64,000 nt of DNA, taken from NCBI GenBank assembly GCA_021814165.1, contig JAKAIX010000002.1, positions 5,371 through 69,370 of the forward strand, written 5' to 3'. The notes under the pieces are model-generated. The model had not been told where the DNA came from and did not search any database. It saw only the letters and a list, made by a program, of their open reading frames with translations. Shown one piece after another: positions 30,541-40,848 of the stretch. Position 1 is the stretch's first letter. Every line of letters starts with the position of its first letter. This DNA comes from a bacterium. Lineage in GTDB: Bacteria; Patescibacteriota; Minisyncoccia; UBA6257; GWB1-50-10. Both the position numbers and the translations under genes were made by a program.

Positions 30541-33051
30541 CTACTTCACGGGCGTTATCTCTATCTTCGGCGTTCCCAAACCCGAAGAAGACGGAGCGGG
30601 GAGTTTGATTCCAAGTCCGTTGAATACCGGTTCGAGTTGCGACCAGATCGGGACTGTCCTGAAATCGATTTTTGTCGAGAGTCTTTCGAACTCGACCTTC
30701 GCCTCGGGATACTTCCCCCAGAGATAGTACGCAACCGCGATTTTCAAATTGATTTCGTTCTCCTGTAAAACGCTGGGCCTCATCTTCAACGCCCACGCAT
30801 AGTAACGGATTGCCGACTCATAGTCCTGTTTCTCATCCCCCATGATATCCCCGAGAGTCGTCGCTTCCGCTATGGTGCGCGGCTTACGATTGAGTTCCAA
30901 CGCTTTCCCTATTTCCCTGTCTCCCGTCGGAACGTCATGGAGCTGGTACGCAATGATTCCCAGATAGAAGTGTGGGTCTCCCGCCGACGGGTTCAAGTCA
31001 ACGGCAACCTTAAGCGCGTCGTAGGCGCTTTTCAAATCGCCTTCGAGAACCTTGGTCTTTCCGATTATATAGTACACCTGCTGGCGGTTCGGACTCAGCT
31101 CGAGAGCCTTTTTCTCCAACGCCTCCGCGTCTTTCAGGTAGCCCGCATCGAATTCATAAAACGTGTTTTTAAAGTCCGCGAGCGTGGCATAAAAAAGATA
31201 ATTCCGAGGATGATGATCAATCACTTTTTGCAGCTCCCCCTCAACGCGTTTCTGCAGGTTTGCGACATCGGGGTATTCGACCTGGCTCTCATACGCTCCT
31301 TTCACCACGTTTGCGAACGTAAGCCGGATATCGTCACGGTACGGGGTTCCCGCTGCAAGCGCCTCGTTCAGCGCCGAAACCGATTCCGCAGGAAGTTTGT
31401 TGAGATAATAATTGGGGCCCCAGTACTCACGGCCGGCGGCATACACCATGGGCCAGTTGAGAAAGAAAATCGGGATAAGCGAAACGACGAGAGCGGGGTA
31501 GGCGAACGGAACACGGGATGACGACGAACGCTCGCCGCCATGGGGAGGTCCGGCCTCCTCACGATCGGAGGCCGGGCCTCCTAATATTGCGTTCGGCGAT
31601 CCCTTATAGCGAACATCTATATAGGCTAAGACGAGAAAAAACATAAGATAGGTGCCGATCGTATCGAAGATGACGAGGTTTTGGATAAAATACGCGGCGA
31701 GCATGCCGAAGAATATGATTTTCGGGATACTCCCCTCCCTCGATCTTTTCAGTTCGTAGAGAAGAAGAGCCCATATTCCGAGATACGCAAGAAGTCCCAC
31801 TATGCCGCTTGTTATTGCGTACTCGATAAGCACGTTGTGCGGCTTGTCCCAATACGTCTCGCCGAAATTATTGGAAAGCAGTGCCGGATCATAATGTCTC
31901 TGGAATGCGAGGTTGAAATTTTCCCACCCGAATCCGAATACCGGATGTACAGAGAACGATTGCGCAGCGCTTCGCCACGCGATTATTCTGTTTTCAAATT
32001 CGCTCCGCACCGTCGTGAAGCTTTGGATACGATCAAATCCTGGTACCTGCATCCAAAATGAAGCGCTCCGCGTAAAATAAAAGACGCCGCCGAATGCAAT
32101 CACTATTATAAGAATCCAAAGCCAGACATTTTTAAAAATGAGAAAACTCTGCCTCCCGCCGGAAAAACGTGAAGGATCGGCCTCCAAGCGCGAGGAGGCC
32201 GAGCCTCCTGATTTTGCGTTTGTGCGCTGATAGCGGATAGCGAGAAGAAAAATAATAATGAAGAGACCGACTATAAGACCTCCTATATCTCCTCTTGTCT
32301 CGGTTTTAAAAATAGCAAACGCATCAACGAGAGCGATTATGAGGGCAAGCCACGGCATGACGCGGGCGACACCACGGAGGCCCGGCCTCCGCGAGTAGGA
32401 GGCCGGGCCTCCCAATTCCGCGGAACTCCTAGTTTCATACCAAACATATATCCCCAGGAAGACGTGAAAAAGGAGATAACCGGCGAGGAACGTGGGGTTA
32501 CCGAACGAAGATCCCGGGCGCGGATCATCCTGTCGCAGGAAAAATTGTCCGATATCGGGAAGGAAGGTAAGAAGCGCGCCAAGCGCGGAGAACAAACTCG
32601 CCACCAAGCTCGCAAACCAGACATTCTTCCATTTGAGCTCATCTCCGAGGGAAGAGAGAGCGACGAAGAAGAGTGTAAAAATCCAGAGTGCAACAATGCC
32701 GATGGTACGCACCTCTTGCGACCATAAACTCATCATGAGATCCTCCCCAAAAAACGCGGAGATAGTGAGTACGAGCATAAAGACGACAACACCGATAGTG
32801 AGGGGGGTGAAACGAGGACTAAAACGGCGACGGTCAAAGCGAGGAGACTCGGCTTCCTTACTGAGGCCGAGTCTCCTGCCGAGGACGAGCGCGACCCAGA
32901 GGAAGATAATGATTCCCGCGAGCGACTGGAAAATAGCGCTCTTTACGACGATGAAAGGATTCATCGTCCACTTCCAGAAAAAGAGGGGGACAAGTATCAC
33001 CATCGCGTAGAGGCAGCCGCGGATAATCTTCAAAACGGAGTTTTCGGACAT
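30541..33051 (-). CDS. O-antigen ligase family protein fused to C-terminal TPRs
   Basis: FGNPTF, TETRG, R...W..A....P.FGFG..NF, DKPHN, followed by TPR repeats. Confidence 0.85.
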   Translation of the reverse strand: MSENSVLKIIRGCLYAMVILVPLFFWKWTMNPFIVVKSAIFQSLAGIIIFLWVALVLGRRLGLSKEAESPRFDRRRFSPRFTPLTIGVVVFMLVLTISAFFGEDLMMSLWSQEVRTIGIVALWIFTLFFVALSSLGDELKWKNVWFASLVASLFSALGALLTFLPDIGQFFLRQDDPRPGSSFGNPTFLAGYLLFHVFLGIYVWYETRSSAELGGPASYSRRPGLRGVARVMPWLALIIALVDAFAIFKTETRGDIGGLIVGLFIIIFLLAIRYQRTNAKSGGSASSRLEADPSRFSGGRQSFLIFKNVWLWILIIVIAFGGVFYFTRSASFWMQVPGFDRIQSFTTVRSEFENRIIAWRSAAQSFSVHPVFGFGWENFNLAFQRHYDPALLSNNFGETYWDKPHNVLIEYAITSGIVGLLAYLGIWALLLYELKRSREGSIPKIIFFGMLAAYFIQNLVIFDTIGTYLMFFLVLAYIDVRYKGSPNAILGGPASDREEAGPPHGGERSSSSRVPFAYPALVVSLIPIFFLNWPMVYAAGREYWGPNYYLNKLPAESVSALNEALAAGTPYRDDIRLTFANVVKGAYESQVEYPDVANLQKRVEGELQKVIDHHPRNYLFYATLADFKNTFYEFDAGYLKDAEALEKKALELSPNRQQVYYIIGKTKVLEGDLKSAYDALKVAVDLNPSAGDPHFYLGIIAYQLHDVPTGDREIGKALELNRKPRTIAEATTLGDIMGDEKQDYESAIRYYAWALKMRPSVLQENEINLKIAVAYYLWGKYPEAKVEFERLSTKIDFRTVPIWSQLEPVFNGLGIKLPAPSSSGLGTPKIEITPVK
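31544..31581. repeat. REP-like inverted doublet, in frame within the CDS (copy 1)
   Basis: GGAGGTCCGGCCTCC-8nt-GGAGGCCGGGCCTCC. Confidence 0.8.
32171..32208. repeat. REP-like inverted doublet, in frame within the CDS (copy 2)
   Basis: GAAGGATCGGCCTCC-8nt-GGAGGCCGAGCCTCC. Confidence 0.75.
32376..32412. repeat. REP-like inverted doublet, in frame within the CDS (copy 3)
   Basis: GGAGGCCCGGCCTCC-7nt-GGAGGCCGGGCCTCC (perfect inverted repeat). Confidence 0.85.
32842..32877. repeat. REP-like inverted doublet variant, in frame within the CDS (copy 4)
   Basis: AGGAGACTCGGC...GCCGAGTCTCCT. Confidence 0.7.
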
Positions 33052-33121
33052 AGGAGTAGTTTACAACAAAAAATCTTGATTTCAAATTTCAATATTAGGA
33101 GGAGGAGTGTAATAGGAGGAC

Positions 33122-33154
33122 AAAAAAACAACCCGCCGGAAAGGCGGGTTGTTT
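33122..33154 (-). terminator. Intrinsic terminator of the surface-protein gene
   Basis: AAACAACCCGCC-GGAAA-GGCGGGTTGTTT stem, T-run on the minus strand. Confidence 0.85.
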
Positions 33155-33174
33155 CGTACCAACGAATTGCTCCC

Positions 33175-36100
33175 CTAGTTGGTGTAGGTGACGTGTGCGA
33201 GGTTGAGCGGGACGCTGACGTCGCTTGAAAGATTCAAGCCGTTCGCCGTCGAGCCGCTAACTGCGCCATCGCCCCAGTTGACATCCGATGCAGCATTCAT
33301 GGTCACGTCGAGTGACTGACCAAGGTTCGCCGAGACATAGAAGTTCGACGAATCAACCTTGAGCGCGATACCCTTCGTGGAACCCGACGAAATCGGGGTT
33401 CCCGTAAAGGCAAAGCTTACGCTACAAGAGTTGCCGGTCGGGCTGCAGGACTGCGGGTTCGTCGCTCCATCATAAGCCGATCCGGTTGAAGGATCGATAA
33501 GGCTCACGTTGAAGGAACTTGCCGTCGAGAGCGCGCCGCCGACGAATCGGAGTGACAAGGTGTTTACCTTGATTTCCTGACCCGAAGCATCCGCGCTAAG
33601 TTTCACGCACGCGACATAGTCGGTCGTGGTTCTCGAGCGAGCAGTCGTGGAACCGCCAGTGTAGCTGCCGCACGTGCTGTCGGAGCCCAAAGAGGTTCCG
33701 GCAAGCGAGAGCTTGCTTCTCAACGTTGTAAGCGTCGCGAAGGACGGCGTGCCCGTTACCGTCACCGAAGTGTTGGAGGACTTGCCGTACGCAACTACGC
33801 TCGAGGTCGCCGAAATCGCGATCGAGGTGGTCGCATTTTCAATGCTGCCACCGCCGACCACGAAGGGCGCCGCGTTACCGCGGAGTTCCACCGAGAGCGT
33901 TCCGGCCTGCGGCACCAACATAGAGGCGCTGTTGCCGAAGTTGAAGTCAGCTACGAAGGACGGAGCCGCGCTCGTCATCGAGATCGGACCCGCGCCCGCA
34001 ATAGCCGCTCCGCTCGCGTCATAGAGCTGCAGGTTCGTGAATGCAGCGCCAACCGAGGATCCGGTGTTCAAGTTAAACTTGAGCTCCTGGATTCTGATCG
34101 GTTCGATACCCGCCGTGTCAGTCAAGAGGATCTTCGCCAAGCTTACGCCCGTCGAACCCAAGACAACCTGGCGCGAAGCGCCGGAGTTGTTGTTTGAGAT
34201 CGTGAGCGAAGGACCTGTCGATACCGTGATGTTCTGACCGGTCGGAGTACCGCTGCAGGAGACGGACGTATTCGTCGTCTGACCCGTTCCCGTGCAGGAT
34301 ACGAACGAAGTGAGCGTTCCCATGTCGCCGGTGTTCGTGGTCAAGATATCCGCATAGATATCAACAACCGCCGTACCTCCCACGGGGACCGTGAAGGTGC
34401 CCGCGAAAGTATGATTGCCGGACGAGATGGTCGAGATCGCCGAACCGATGACCGTCGAACCAACCATCGCCTTGAGGTTCTGGAAGTTCGAGGACGAAGC
34501 GTTCGTCGAAACCGTGAAGTTCGAGATGTTCACGCCTTCAGCCGAGGATGCGGTAAAGACGTACGAACCGACTTTCGTCGCCGGTGCGCCTTTCGCATAC
34601 GTCTGGCTCGCAAACGCGCCGTTCTTCGTCACCGTAAGAGGTGTCGTCGAAAGCGTGAGTGCGGAACCGGTCGCCGAACCGCTCGAGCTCGTCTGGCTTG
34701 AAGTCAAGCCCTGCAAGTTCGAGGAGTTGCCCGGCAGGCTGGCAGTCACCGTCGTGAAGTCAGCACCCGTCTGAACATCGCCTCTCACGGAAATCGTGCG
34801 AGTCGTGTTTGCGGGGATGACATATACGATCGGCGAGCCGCTCGTACCGAAGTGACACGTTACCGTGCCTCCCGCTACGAAGGAACAACCGCCGCTGTTC
34901 GCCGAACTGGTATTGCCAGTCGTCGAAATCGTGGTGCCGATCTGGTTGCCCTGATCGTCAACCAAGCGGAGGTTTTGCAGGTCGGAATCGAACGCAGTGG
35001 ACGAATTCGTCCAGTTGTGTGTTCCACCCGTCTTCACTAAGTTCACATCCAAGAACTTCACTTTTACGGCCTCACCCGCCGCGTATACGTCAAATTTCGC
35101 GAGGGTTGTTCCCGCACCACCCAAGGCAATATTGCCGGTCGGGGTGTTCGTGTTGACGGAGGTCGTGATCTGTCCCTGGTTGATCGTTACCTGTACGCCG
35201 GAACCGCCGTTTACGGTCACCGAGACAGGAACGTTGTACTGCGTGTCTACCGCGTAGATGTCATACGAGTTCAGAACTTCGAACTGGAAGTTGAAGCTCG
35301 GGGAACCCGTTACGTCCGCGTAGACCTGGATGTTGTTCGATCCGGTCTGAAGTTTTACCGGAGCCGACGAGAAGTCGAAGTATCCCGAGCCGTCCGCAGT
35401 AACAGAAGCCAAGGTGGCTCCCGCCTGCTTTCCGTTCACGAGCATCTTCACGTTCTTCAGGTCGGTCTTCAGCGCGGAACCAACCACCTTGAAGTTGATC
35501 GAGGTGAGGTTTACCGGGCTGTTGCTCACCGTCGCGGTCCACTGCGATACGAGGACACCGTTCGTGCCCGCATACACCGTGGTACCCACGGACGATGACG
35601 CAAGCGTCACGGACGCGATCGAAGGATTCGAGACGCTCGTCACCGTGAAAACGTTGCCGTTCATCGGGAAGGTCGCCGAAGCCGTGACCGCCGCGCCGGT
35701 CGCATCAGTCGCACTTACATCGCTTGCTCCGGTCATTGCAAACGCAATCGTGTTACCGGCGGAGAGATTCACCGCAGGATCGATCGAAAGCGTAAGGTTT
35801 ACGGTCTGACCGGCCGCAATGTTCAAAGCGATTCCGGAGAATTCAATCACGCCGCTGTTCACGGACGTGTATTGATACAATACCTTGCCGTTTTGGACGA
35901 GGTATGCACCGGAGATCGCCGAATCAGCTACTACGCCTGTCTTGTGGAATTTGAGATTCGTGACAGTAACGCCGCTCGCGGTGCCAGCCGTCAAATTGAA
36001 GGCCATTACCGGAACGCGAGCCGCCGCTGAATTGGTGCTCGAAATTAACGCACCCGCCGCAGGATTATTGGAAGCAAGGCTTACCGCCAATCCGGATGCA

Positions 36101-36594
36101 GGAGCGGGAACCGACGGGGTGGAAGGAGTGCCCGGCGTCGACGGAGTCGACGGGGTTCCTACACTCACCGCGTTTACGCTTTCTCTGGTCTTAGGACCAA
36201 AGTACCCGACCGCGGGGGAGATTCCCTTCGCTGCCTGGTATTTTGCGAGAGCCGCCTTGGTCGCGGGGCCGAAGTATTCGGTTTCATTCCCCTTTGATCC
36301 GGCGCCGCTCGTCGCAACGGCGTAGCCGCTGCTATTCAAGAACTGCTGCAACGCCTTCACGTCCGTCCCCTTGCTTCCAAGGGTGAGGTCCTTAGAAAAA
36401 GTGTAAGACGAGCCGGAAGAGCCCGCAGTTCCCAATTGAGCCTGCAAAGCACTGATCTGCGCCAAAAGCTGGGCGATCTGCGCCTGCAGTTCCGCTGTAG
36501 TCGCCGCGGAGGCCGTGATCACTGAACCGGCAAACCATGCAACGGTCGCGACCGAAAGGCCTACTGCAACGACTTTTCGACTTAAATTACTCAT
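33175..36594 (-). CDS. Large secreted Ser/Thr/Gly-rich surface (S-layer-like) protein with a peptidoglycan-binding domain
   Basis: Signal peptide, coiled coil AELQAQIAQLLAQI, PG_binding_1 (L.LGS.G.DVK.LQ.FL..YFGP.T..AL..YQ), PST linker, repeated beta-rich domains. Confidence 0.75.
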   Translation of the reverse strand: MSNLSRKVVAVGLSVATVAWFAGSVITASAATTAELQAQIAQLLAQISALQAQLGTAGSSGSSYTFSKDLTLGSKGTDVKALQQFLNSSGYAVATSGAGSKGNETEYFGPATKAALAKYQAAKGISPAVGYFGPKTRESVNAVSVGTPSTPSTPGTPSTPSVPAPASGLAVSLASNNPAAGALISSTNSAAARVPVMAFNLTAGTASGVTVTNLKFHKTGVVADSAISGAYLVQNGKVLYQYTSVNSGVIEFSGIALNIAAGQTVNLTLSIDPAVNLSAGNTIAFAMTGASDVSATDATGAAVTASATFPMNGNVFTVTSVSNPSIASVTLASSSVGTTVYAGTNGVLVSQWTATVSNSPVNLTSINFKVVGSALKTDLKNVKMLVNGKQAGATLASVTADGSGYFDFSSAPVKLQTGSNNIQVYADVTGSPSFNFQFEVLNSYDIYAVDTQYNVPVSVTVNGGSGVQVTINQGQITTSVNTNTPTGNIALGGAGTTLAKFDVYAAGEAVKVKFLDVNLVKTGGTHNWTNSSTAFDSDLQNLRLVDDQGNQIGTTISTTGNTSSANSGGCSFVAGGTVTCHFGTSGSPIVYVIPANTTRTISVRGDVQTGADFTTVTASLPGNSSNLQGLTSSQTSSSGSATGSALTLSTTPLTVTKNGAFASQTYAKGAPATKVGSYVFTASSAEGVNISNFTVSTNASSSNFQNLKAMVGSTVIGSAISTISSGNHTFAGTFTVPVGGTAVVDIYADILTTNTGDMGTLTSFVSCTGTGQTTNTSVSCSGTPTGQNITVSTGPSLTISNNNSGASRQVVLGSTGVSLAKILLTDTAGIEPIRIQELKFNLNTGSSVGAAFTNLQLYDASGAAIAGAGPISMTSAAPSFVADFNFGNSASMLVPQAGTLSVELRGNAAPFVVGGGSIENATTSIAISATSSVVAYGKSSNTSVTVTGTPSFATLTTLRSKLSLAGTSLGSDSTCGSYTGGSTTARSRTTTDYVACVKLSADASGQEIKVNTLSLRFVGGALSTASSFNVSLIDPSTGSAYDGATNPQSCSPTGNSCSVSFAFTGTPISSGSTKGIALKVDSSNFYVSANLGQSLDVTMNAASDVNWGDGAVSGSTANGLNLSSDVSVPLNLAHVTYTN

Positions 36595-37138
36595 TGTGTT
36601 GATAATTTCTGAAGAACACCGATCCATACGAAAATAAGCTTGCTCGTCGTTATTTGCCGTATGAATGATTGTTCTTGTATATATTCGATATTTGTTGTTC
36701 GTTCACAGCAAAGTGTTTCTTTGCCGTGCCGTCGACCTTTAAGGGTTTTCAGGAACGCCGTAGTCATTCCCGGCTTGTCGACCCCCGTCTTTGTGAGGAG
36801 AAGGCGGCGGAAGCCAAGGAAGCGGCGTATTAGTATCAAAAAAACAGAAAATCTCGCTTTGGAGCGAGACCTATTATAACCCGAGTACGCAGTATACTCC
36901 TTCGGCCGAGACACCCATCACCGAATCGAGCATATTCGGAAACGGATGACTCAACCAAAGGATTGCGCCTTTCATGGGTTAGTCGGGCCTCACTCCCTTC
37001 TAACTCTTCTTATAGTATACCAAATTACAGGAATTTTCCGAGCGCTGCAAGCGCCTCTTTCTCCACAGCTATTTCAGTACATTATCTATAACGAAAAAGG
37101 GGTGTTTTTTGTTACGAGAAGGCCTGCAGGAAGGTTGT

Positions 37139-37223
37139 ATTTCCACACTACATTCCCCTTACTCGGGCGCTCCGGGCCGCTTGGCCAAGTCTTACCCTCG
37201 TTCGGAGAATGTAGTGTGGAAAT
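37139..37223 (-). repeat. 85-nt hairpin: 17-bp perfect stem around a 45-nt core shared with 46047..46131
   Basis: 37161..37205 is the exact reverse complement of 46065..46109. Confidence 0.85.
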
Positions 37224-37269
37224 CTAAAAGTGTGCATTCTCTCCAAAAAAACGAGGAGAGAAATAAAAA

Positions 37270-38058
37270 TCAAGGTAAAAGCCACGGAGCGGTGGCGAAA
37301 AGGATACTCGCAAAGACCGCGAAAAAGGTAAGCTCCTTGAGAATAAAAGAGAACGAAAGGGTGCCCTCAAAATGCATAAGAAGGGCGTCCCGAAGGAGGA
37401 TAAGCACCACTGCGAGAAACGCGCCGGCGTTCAGGAACCCGAGGGGGAGAAAGAGCGCGAGTGCCGCTATTTCGGAGGCGAGGAGGCCCAGGGAGACGGC
37501 CGTGAGGCGGAGTGAACGCGAGATCGCGACGCCCAGGAACGAGAACGCTTCCTTTATAAGGAGGGTGGTTACCAAAAACACCGCAAGGAGCCAGAAAAAA
37601 AGCGGGAAAAACGCCTCGCGCCCCAGTGAAGGGGCAAAGTAGAAAAACTCGACGAAGGTAAAGAAAAGAATCACCGAATGGACAAGCCGATACCAAAGCG
37701 GCCGTTCCGCAATCACATAATTCAGGTTGCCGAGCACGAGATACAAAAGCGCGCCGAATCCGAGAAATGCCAGCACCTCCATTATCGTCGCGATGAAGAA
37801 AGAAGGGAGGGAGAACGTGATGGCGTAGAGGCCGAGGAGTGCCGCTATCCCGAGAACCCAAAAGGAGACGCGGATTACCTCGCGGCCGGAGCGCTCGGAA
37901 CGGTATATCCACGCGAGAACCGCGAAATACACGAGGGAGCCGAAAAAGGAAAACCCGAGGAGATAAGCAAATCCGAGCGCTGCCACTGCTCCGAGAGACT
38001 TATACAGTAACCTCCACTTGGTCTCCTTTGGTAAGGATGACAGTAGCTTTTGTACCAT
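37270..38058 (-). CDS. Polytopic membrane protein of unknown function
   Basis: 262-aa very hydrophobic ORF; start overlaps the clpB 3' end. Confidence 0.7.
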   Translation of the reverse strand: MVQKLLSSLPKETKWRLLYKSLGAVAALGFAYLLGFSFFGSLVYFAVLAWIYRSERSGREVIRVSFWVLGIAALLGLYAITFSLPSFFIATIMEVLAFLGFGALLYLVLGNLNYVIAERPLWYRLVHSVILFFTFVEFFYFAPSLGREAFFPLFFWLLAVFLVTTLLIKEAFSFLGVAISRSLRLTAVSLGLLASEIAALALFLPLGFLNAGAFLAVVLILLRDALLMHFEGTLSFSFILKELTFFAVFASILFATAPWLLP

Positions 38059-40660
38059 CTCGGAGCGTGCCGCGGACTATTTTGTCCGCGAGTGCGTCGA
38101 CAATCACTTTTTGGATAAGCCGCTTCACGGGGCGGGCGCCGTAATCGGGATCAAAGCCGTGTTCTATAATGTAGCGTTTTACCTCCGGTTTGATCTGGAG
38201 CGTAATCCCCTTCTCGAGAAGGCGGGCTTTTACTTCGCCAAGCTGAATATCCACGATTTTCTCGATGTCTTCGGGAGAAAGCGCATTGAAGATGATTATT
38301 TCGTCCAGACGATTCAAGAATTCCGGCTTGAAGGTTTCGCGGAGCGAATCCATGACCCGTTCCCCGAACTGTTCTTCCTTCTCCCGCAACGCCTCCCCGC
38401 CGCGGCCAACCTTGAAACCCAAGGAGGACATCTCGCGGAAATATTCGCTTCCCACGTTCGAGGTAAGAATGATGACGGCGTTCTTGAAGTTTGCAATCTT
38501 TCCTTTCGAGTCGGTAAGCCGTCCGTTGTCCAATACCTGAAGCAGAATGTTAAATACCTCGGGATGCGCTTTCTCGATTTCATCGAAGAGGATTAAGCTG
38601 TACGGTCGATGGCGGATCATGTCGGTAAGCCGCCCCCCTTCGTCATACCCTACGTAACCGGGCGGCGAGCCGATGAGACGGGACACCGAGTGCCGTTCCA
38701 TATATTCCGACATATCGATTCTGATTAAGGATTTCTCATCATTGAACATGAATTCCGCGAGCGCGCGGGCGAGTTCCGTTTTTCCGACGCCGGTCGGCCC
38801 CAGAAACATAAACGACCCCGCCGGCTTGTCTTCGTCGGCAAGTCCGGCGCGCGAGCGACGGAGCGCGCGGGCGACGGAATCGATCGCCTCTTCCTGTCCC
38901 ACGACGCGACGGCGGAGTTCCTCCTCGATTCTCGCGAGTTTTTTCATCTCGGATTCGAGCATCCGGGAAACGGGTATCCCCGTCCAGCGGGAAACGACGG
39001 CGGCGATGTCTTCTTCATCCACCACTTCTTTTATGAAGAATTCGCGTTTGTGCGTTTTTGTACGCGCACCCGCGCTCGTTTTCACGCGCAGCTGTTTTTC
39101 GAGATCGCCGTACCGCTTTTCGATTTTCGGATACTCCCCGTAACGGATCTCCGCGACCCGATCGAAGTTCCCTTCCCGTTCCGCAATCTCCGCTTCGCGC
39201 TTCAAATCCTCCATCGCCTTCCTGATGGTATGAAGCGAACCCACCCCCGTTTTTTCTCCCTCCCAGAGGGCGGTGAGTCTCGCGTTCTCGGCTTTCAACT
39301 TTTTCAAATCCCTGACCACCTCCTTGAGGCGCGCGGTTTTCTTGGAACTCTGCTCCTTGTGGAGCGCGGACTTTTCTATTTCGAGACGGGTGATTTCCCT
39401 CCTGATTTTCTCGATCCCCTCGGGAACGCTGTCGGATTCGAGACGCCGCGCCGCGGCCGCCTCGTCAATCAAATCCACCGCCTTATCGGGAAGAAATCTG
39501 TCGGTGATATAACGCGCACCCAAATTCACCGCCGCGACGATCGCCTCGTCGGTGATCTTCAAGCCGTGGTGGGTTTCATACTTCTCCTTGAGCCCGCGGA
39601 GAATCGCGATCGAATCGTCGACCGAGGGTTCTTCGACAAGGATCGGCTGGAATCTGCGTTCGAGTGCGGCGTCTTTCTCGATATACTTCTGGTATTCCTT
39701 CAAAGTGGTCGCTCCGATTGCGTGAAGCTCTCCCCGCGCGAGCGCTGGTTTCAAGAGGTTTGACGCATCGATTGCCCCTTCCGCGGCACCCGCACCCACA
39801 ATCATGTGGATCTCATCGATAAAAAGGATGATGCGCCCTTCCGACTCGCGGACTTCCTTCATAAACGCCTTGAATCTGTCTTCAAACTCTCCTCGGAACT
39901 TCGTGCCCGCAATCAAGGACCCCAGATCGAGCATGATAATTTCTTTCCGTTTTAAGGACTCGGGCACGTCGCCGGAGACGATGCGCTGCGCCAATCCCTC
40001 CACAATCGAGGTTTTTCCGACCCCCGGCTCACCAATCAGCACGGGGTTGTTTTTCGTGCGCCGCGAGAGAATTTGCATGAGACGACGGAGCTCGTCCTCG
40101 CGTCCGATCACCGGGTCGAGTTTTCCGCCGCGCGCTTTTTCCGTAATGTTCACCGCGTATTTTTCGAGTACCTGGAATTTCGCTTCCGGCGTTTCGTCCG
40201 TCACCCGCGTCGAACCGCGAAGCCCTGCAAGCGTTCGCATTAATATGTCCTTGCGCGCGCCGAAATGAGAAAGCACGTCCTGCGCCACGGACGGAATATC
40301 GGAGAGTGAGACCAAGAGATGTTCGCACGAGATAAACTCGTCTTTCTGCTTCATCGCAATTTCTCCCGCCTTATCCAGGATGCGCATCAATTCTTGGGAA
40401 AGATAAAGCTGCCCCACCGCGCCTTGGGAAGAAAAAATTTTCGGGAGCTTGTCGAGCGTCGTTTTCACTTCGCGTTCGAGTTCCGCGAGATTCACGTTTG
40501 CGCGAAGAAGAAGCGGCCTTACGAGCGTCTGCTCGTCGTCGAGGAGCGCGGCTAAAAGATGCAGCGCCTTGAGCTCGCCGTGATTGTAGCGCGCAACCGC
40601 CTCCTGCGCTCCCTGGAGCGCTTCCTGCGCCTTGATGGTAAAACGTTGAAAGTTGGGCAT
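38000..40660 (-). CDS. clpB: ATP-dependent chaperone ClpB
   Basis: Two AAA modules ([16 protein letters not shown]), long M-domain coiled coil, [13 protein letters not shown]. Confidence 0.95.
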   Translation of the reverse strand: MPNFQRFTIKAQEALQGAQEAVARYNHGELKALHLLAALLDDEQTLVRPLLLRANVNLAELEREVKTTLDKLPKIFSSQGAVGQLYLSQELMRILDKAGEIAMKQKDEFISCEHLLVSLSDIPSVAQDVLSHFGARKDILMRTLAGLRGSTRVTDETPEAKFQVLEKYAVNITEKARGGKLDPVIGREDELRRLMQILSRRTKNNPVLIGEPGVGKTSIVEGLAQRIVSGDVPESLKRKEIIMLDLGSLIAGTKFRGEFEDRFKAFMKEVRESEGRIILFIDEIHMIVGAGAAEGAIDASNLLKPALARGELHAIGATTLKEYQKYIEKDAALERRFQPILVEEPSVDDSIAILRGLKEKYETHHGLKITDEAIVAAVNLGARYITDRFLPDKAVDLIDEAAAARRLESDSVPEGIEKIRREITRLEIEKSALHKEQSSKKTARLKEVVRDLKKLKAENARLTALWEGEKTGVGSLHTIRKAMEDLKREAEIAEREGNFDRVAEIRYGEYPKIEKRYGDLEKQLRVKTSAGARTKTHKREFFIKEVVDEEDIAAVVSRWTGIPVSRMLESEMKKLARIEEELRRRVVGQEEAIDSVARALRRSRAGLADEDKPAGSFMFLGPTGVGKTELARALAEFMFNDEKSLIRIDMSEYMERHSVSRLIGSPPGYVGYDEGGRLTDMIRHRPYSLILFDEIEKAHPEVFNILLQVLDNGRLTDSKGKIANFKNAVIILTSNVGSEYFREMSSLGFKVGRGGEALREKEEQFGERVMDSLRETFKPEFLNRLDEIIIFNALSPEDIEKIVDIQLGEVKARLLEKGITLQIKPEVKRYIIEHGFDPDYGARPVKRLIQKVIVDALADKIVRGTLRDGTKATVILTKGDQVEVTV

Positions 40661-40668
40661 AGAACGAG

Positions 40669-40761
40669 AATTTTCAATTTCCGATTATCAATTTTCAGGA
40701 CTTGTTTTGAAAATTGGTTTATTGGAAATTCACTGAAAATTGGAAATTGATAATTGAAAAT
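40669..40761. repeat. ~92-bp heptamer-periodic hairpin element, copy 3 (in the clpB leader)
   Basis: AATTTTCAATTTCC...CACTGAAAATTGGAAATTGATAATTGAAAAT. Confidence 0.85.
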
Positions 40762-40795
40762 CAATTACTCATTACACTACGTTACATTATACGTC

Positions 40796-40844
40796 ATCCT
40801 ACTCTTTTTTTGTAAGATTAGCAAGCAAGCAACCCGAGTGCTAA
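40796..40844 (-). promoter_or_regulatory. CIRCE-like (HrcA) operator overlapping a sigma70-type promoter of clpB
   Basis: Minus strand TTAGCACTC-N9-GCTTGCTAA (40818..40844, 2 mismatches to CIRCE); TTGCTA-N17-TAGGAT. Confidence 0.7.
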
Positions 40845-40848
40845 TTTT

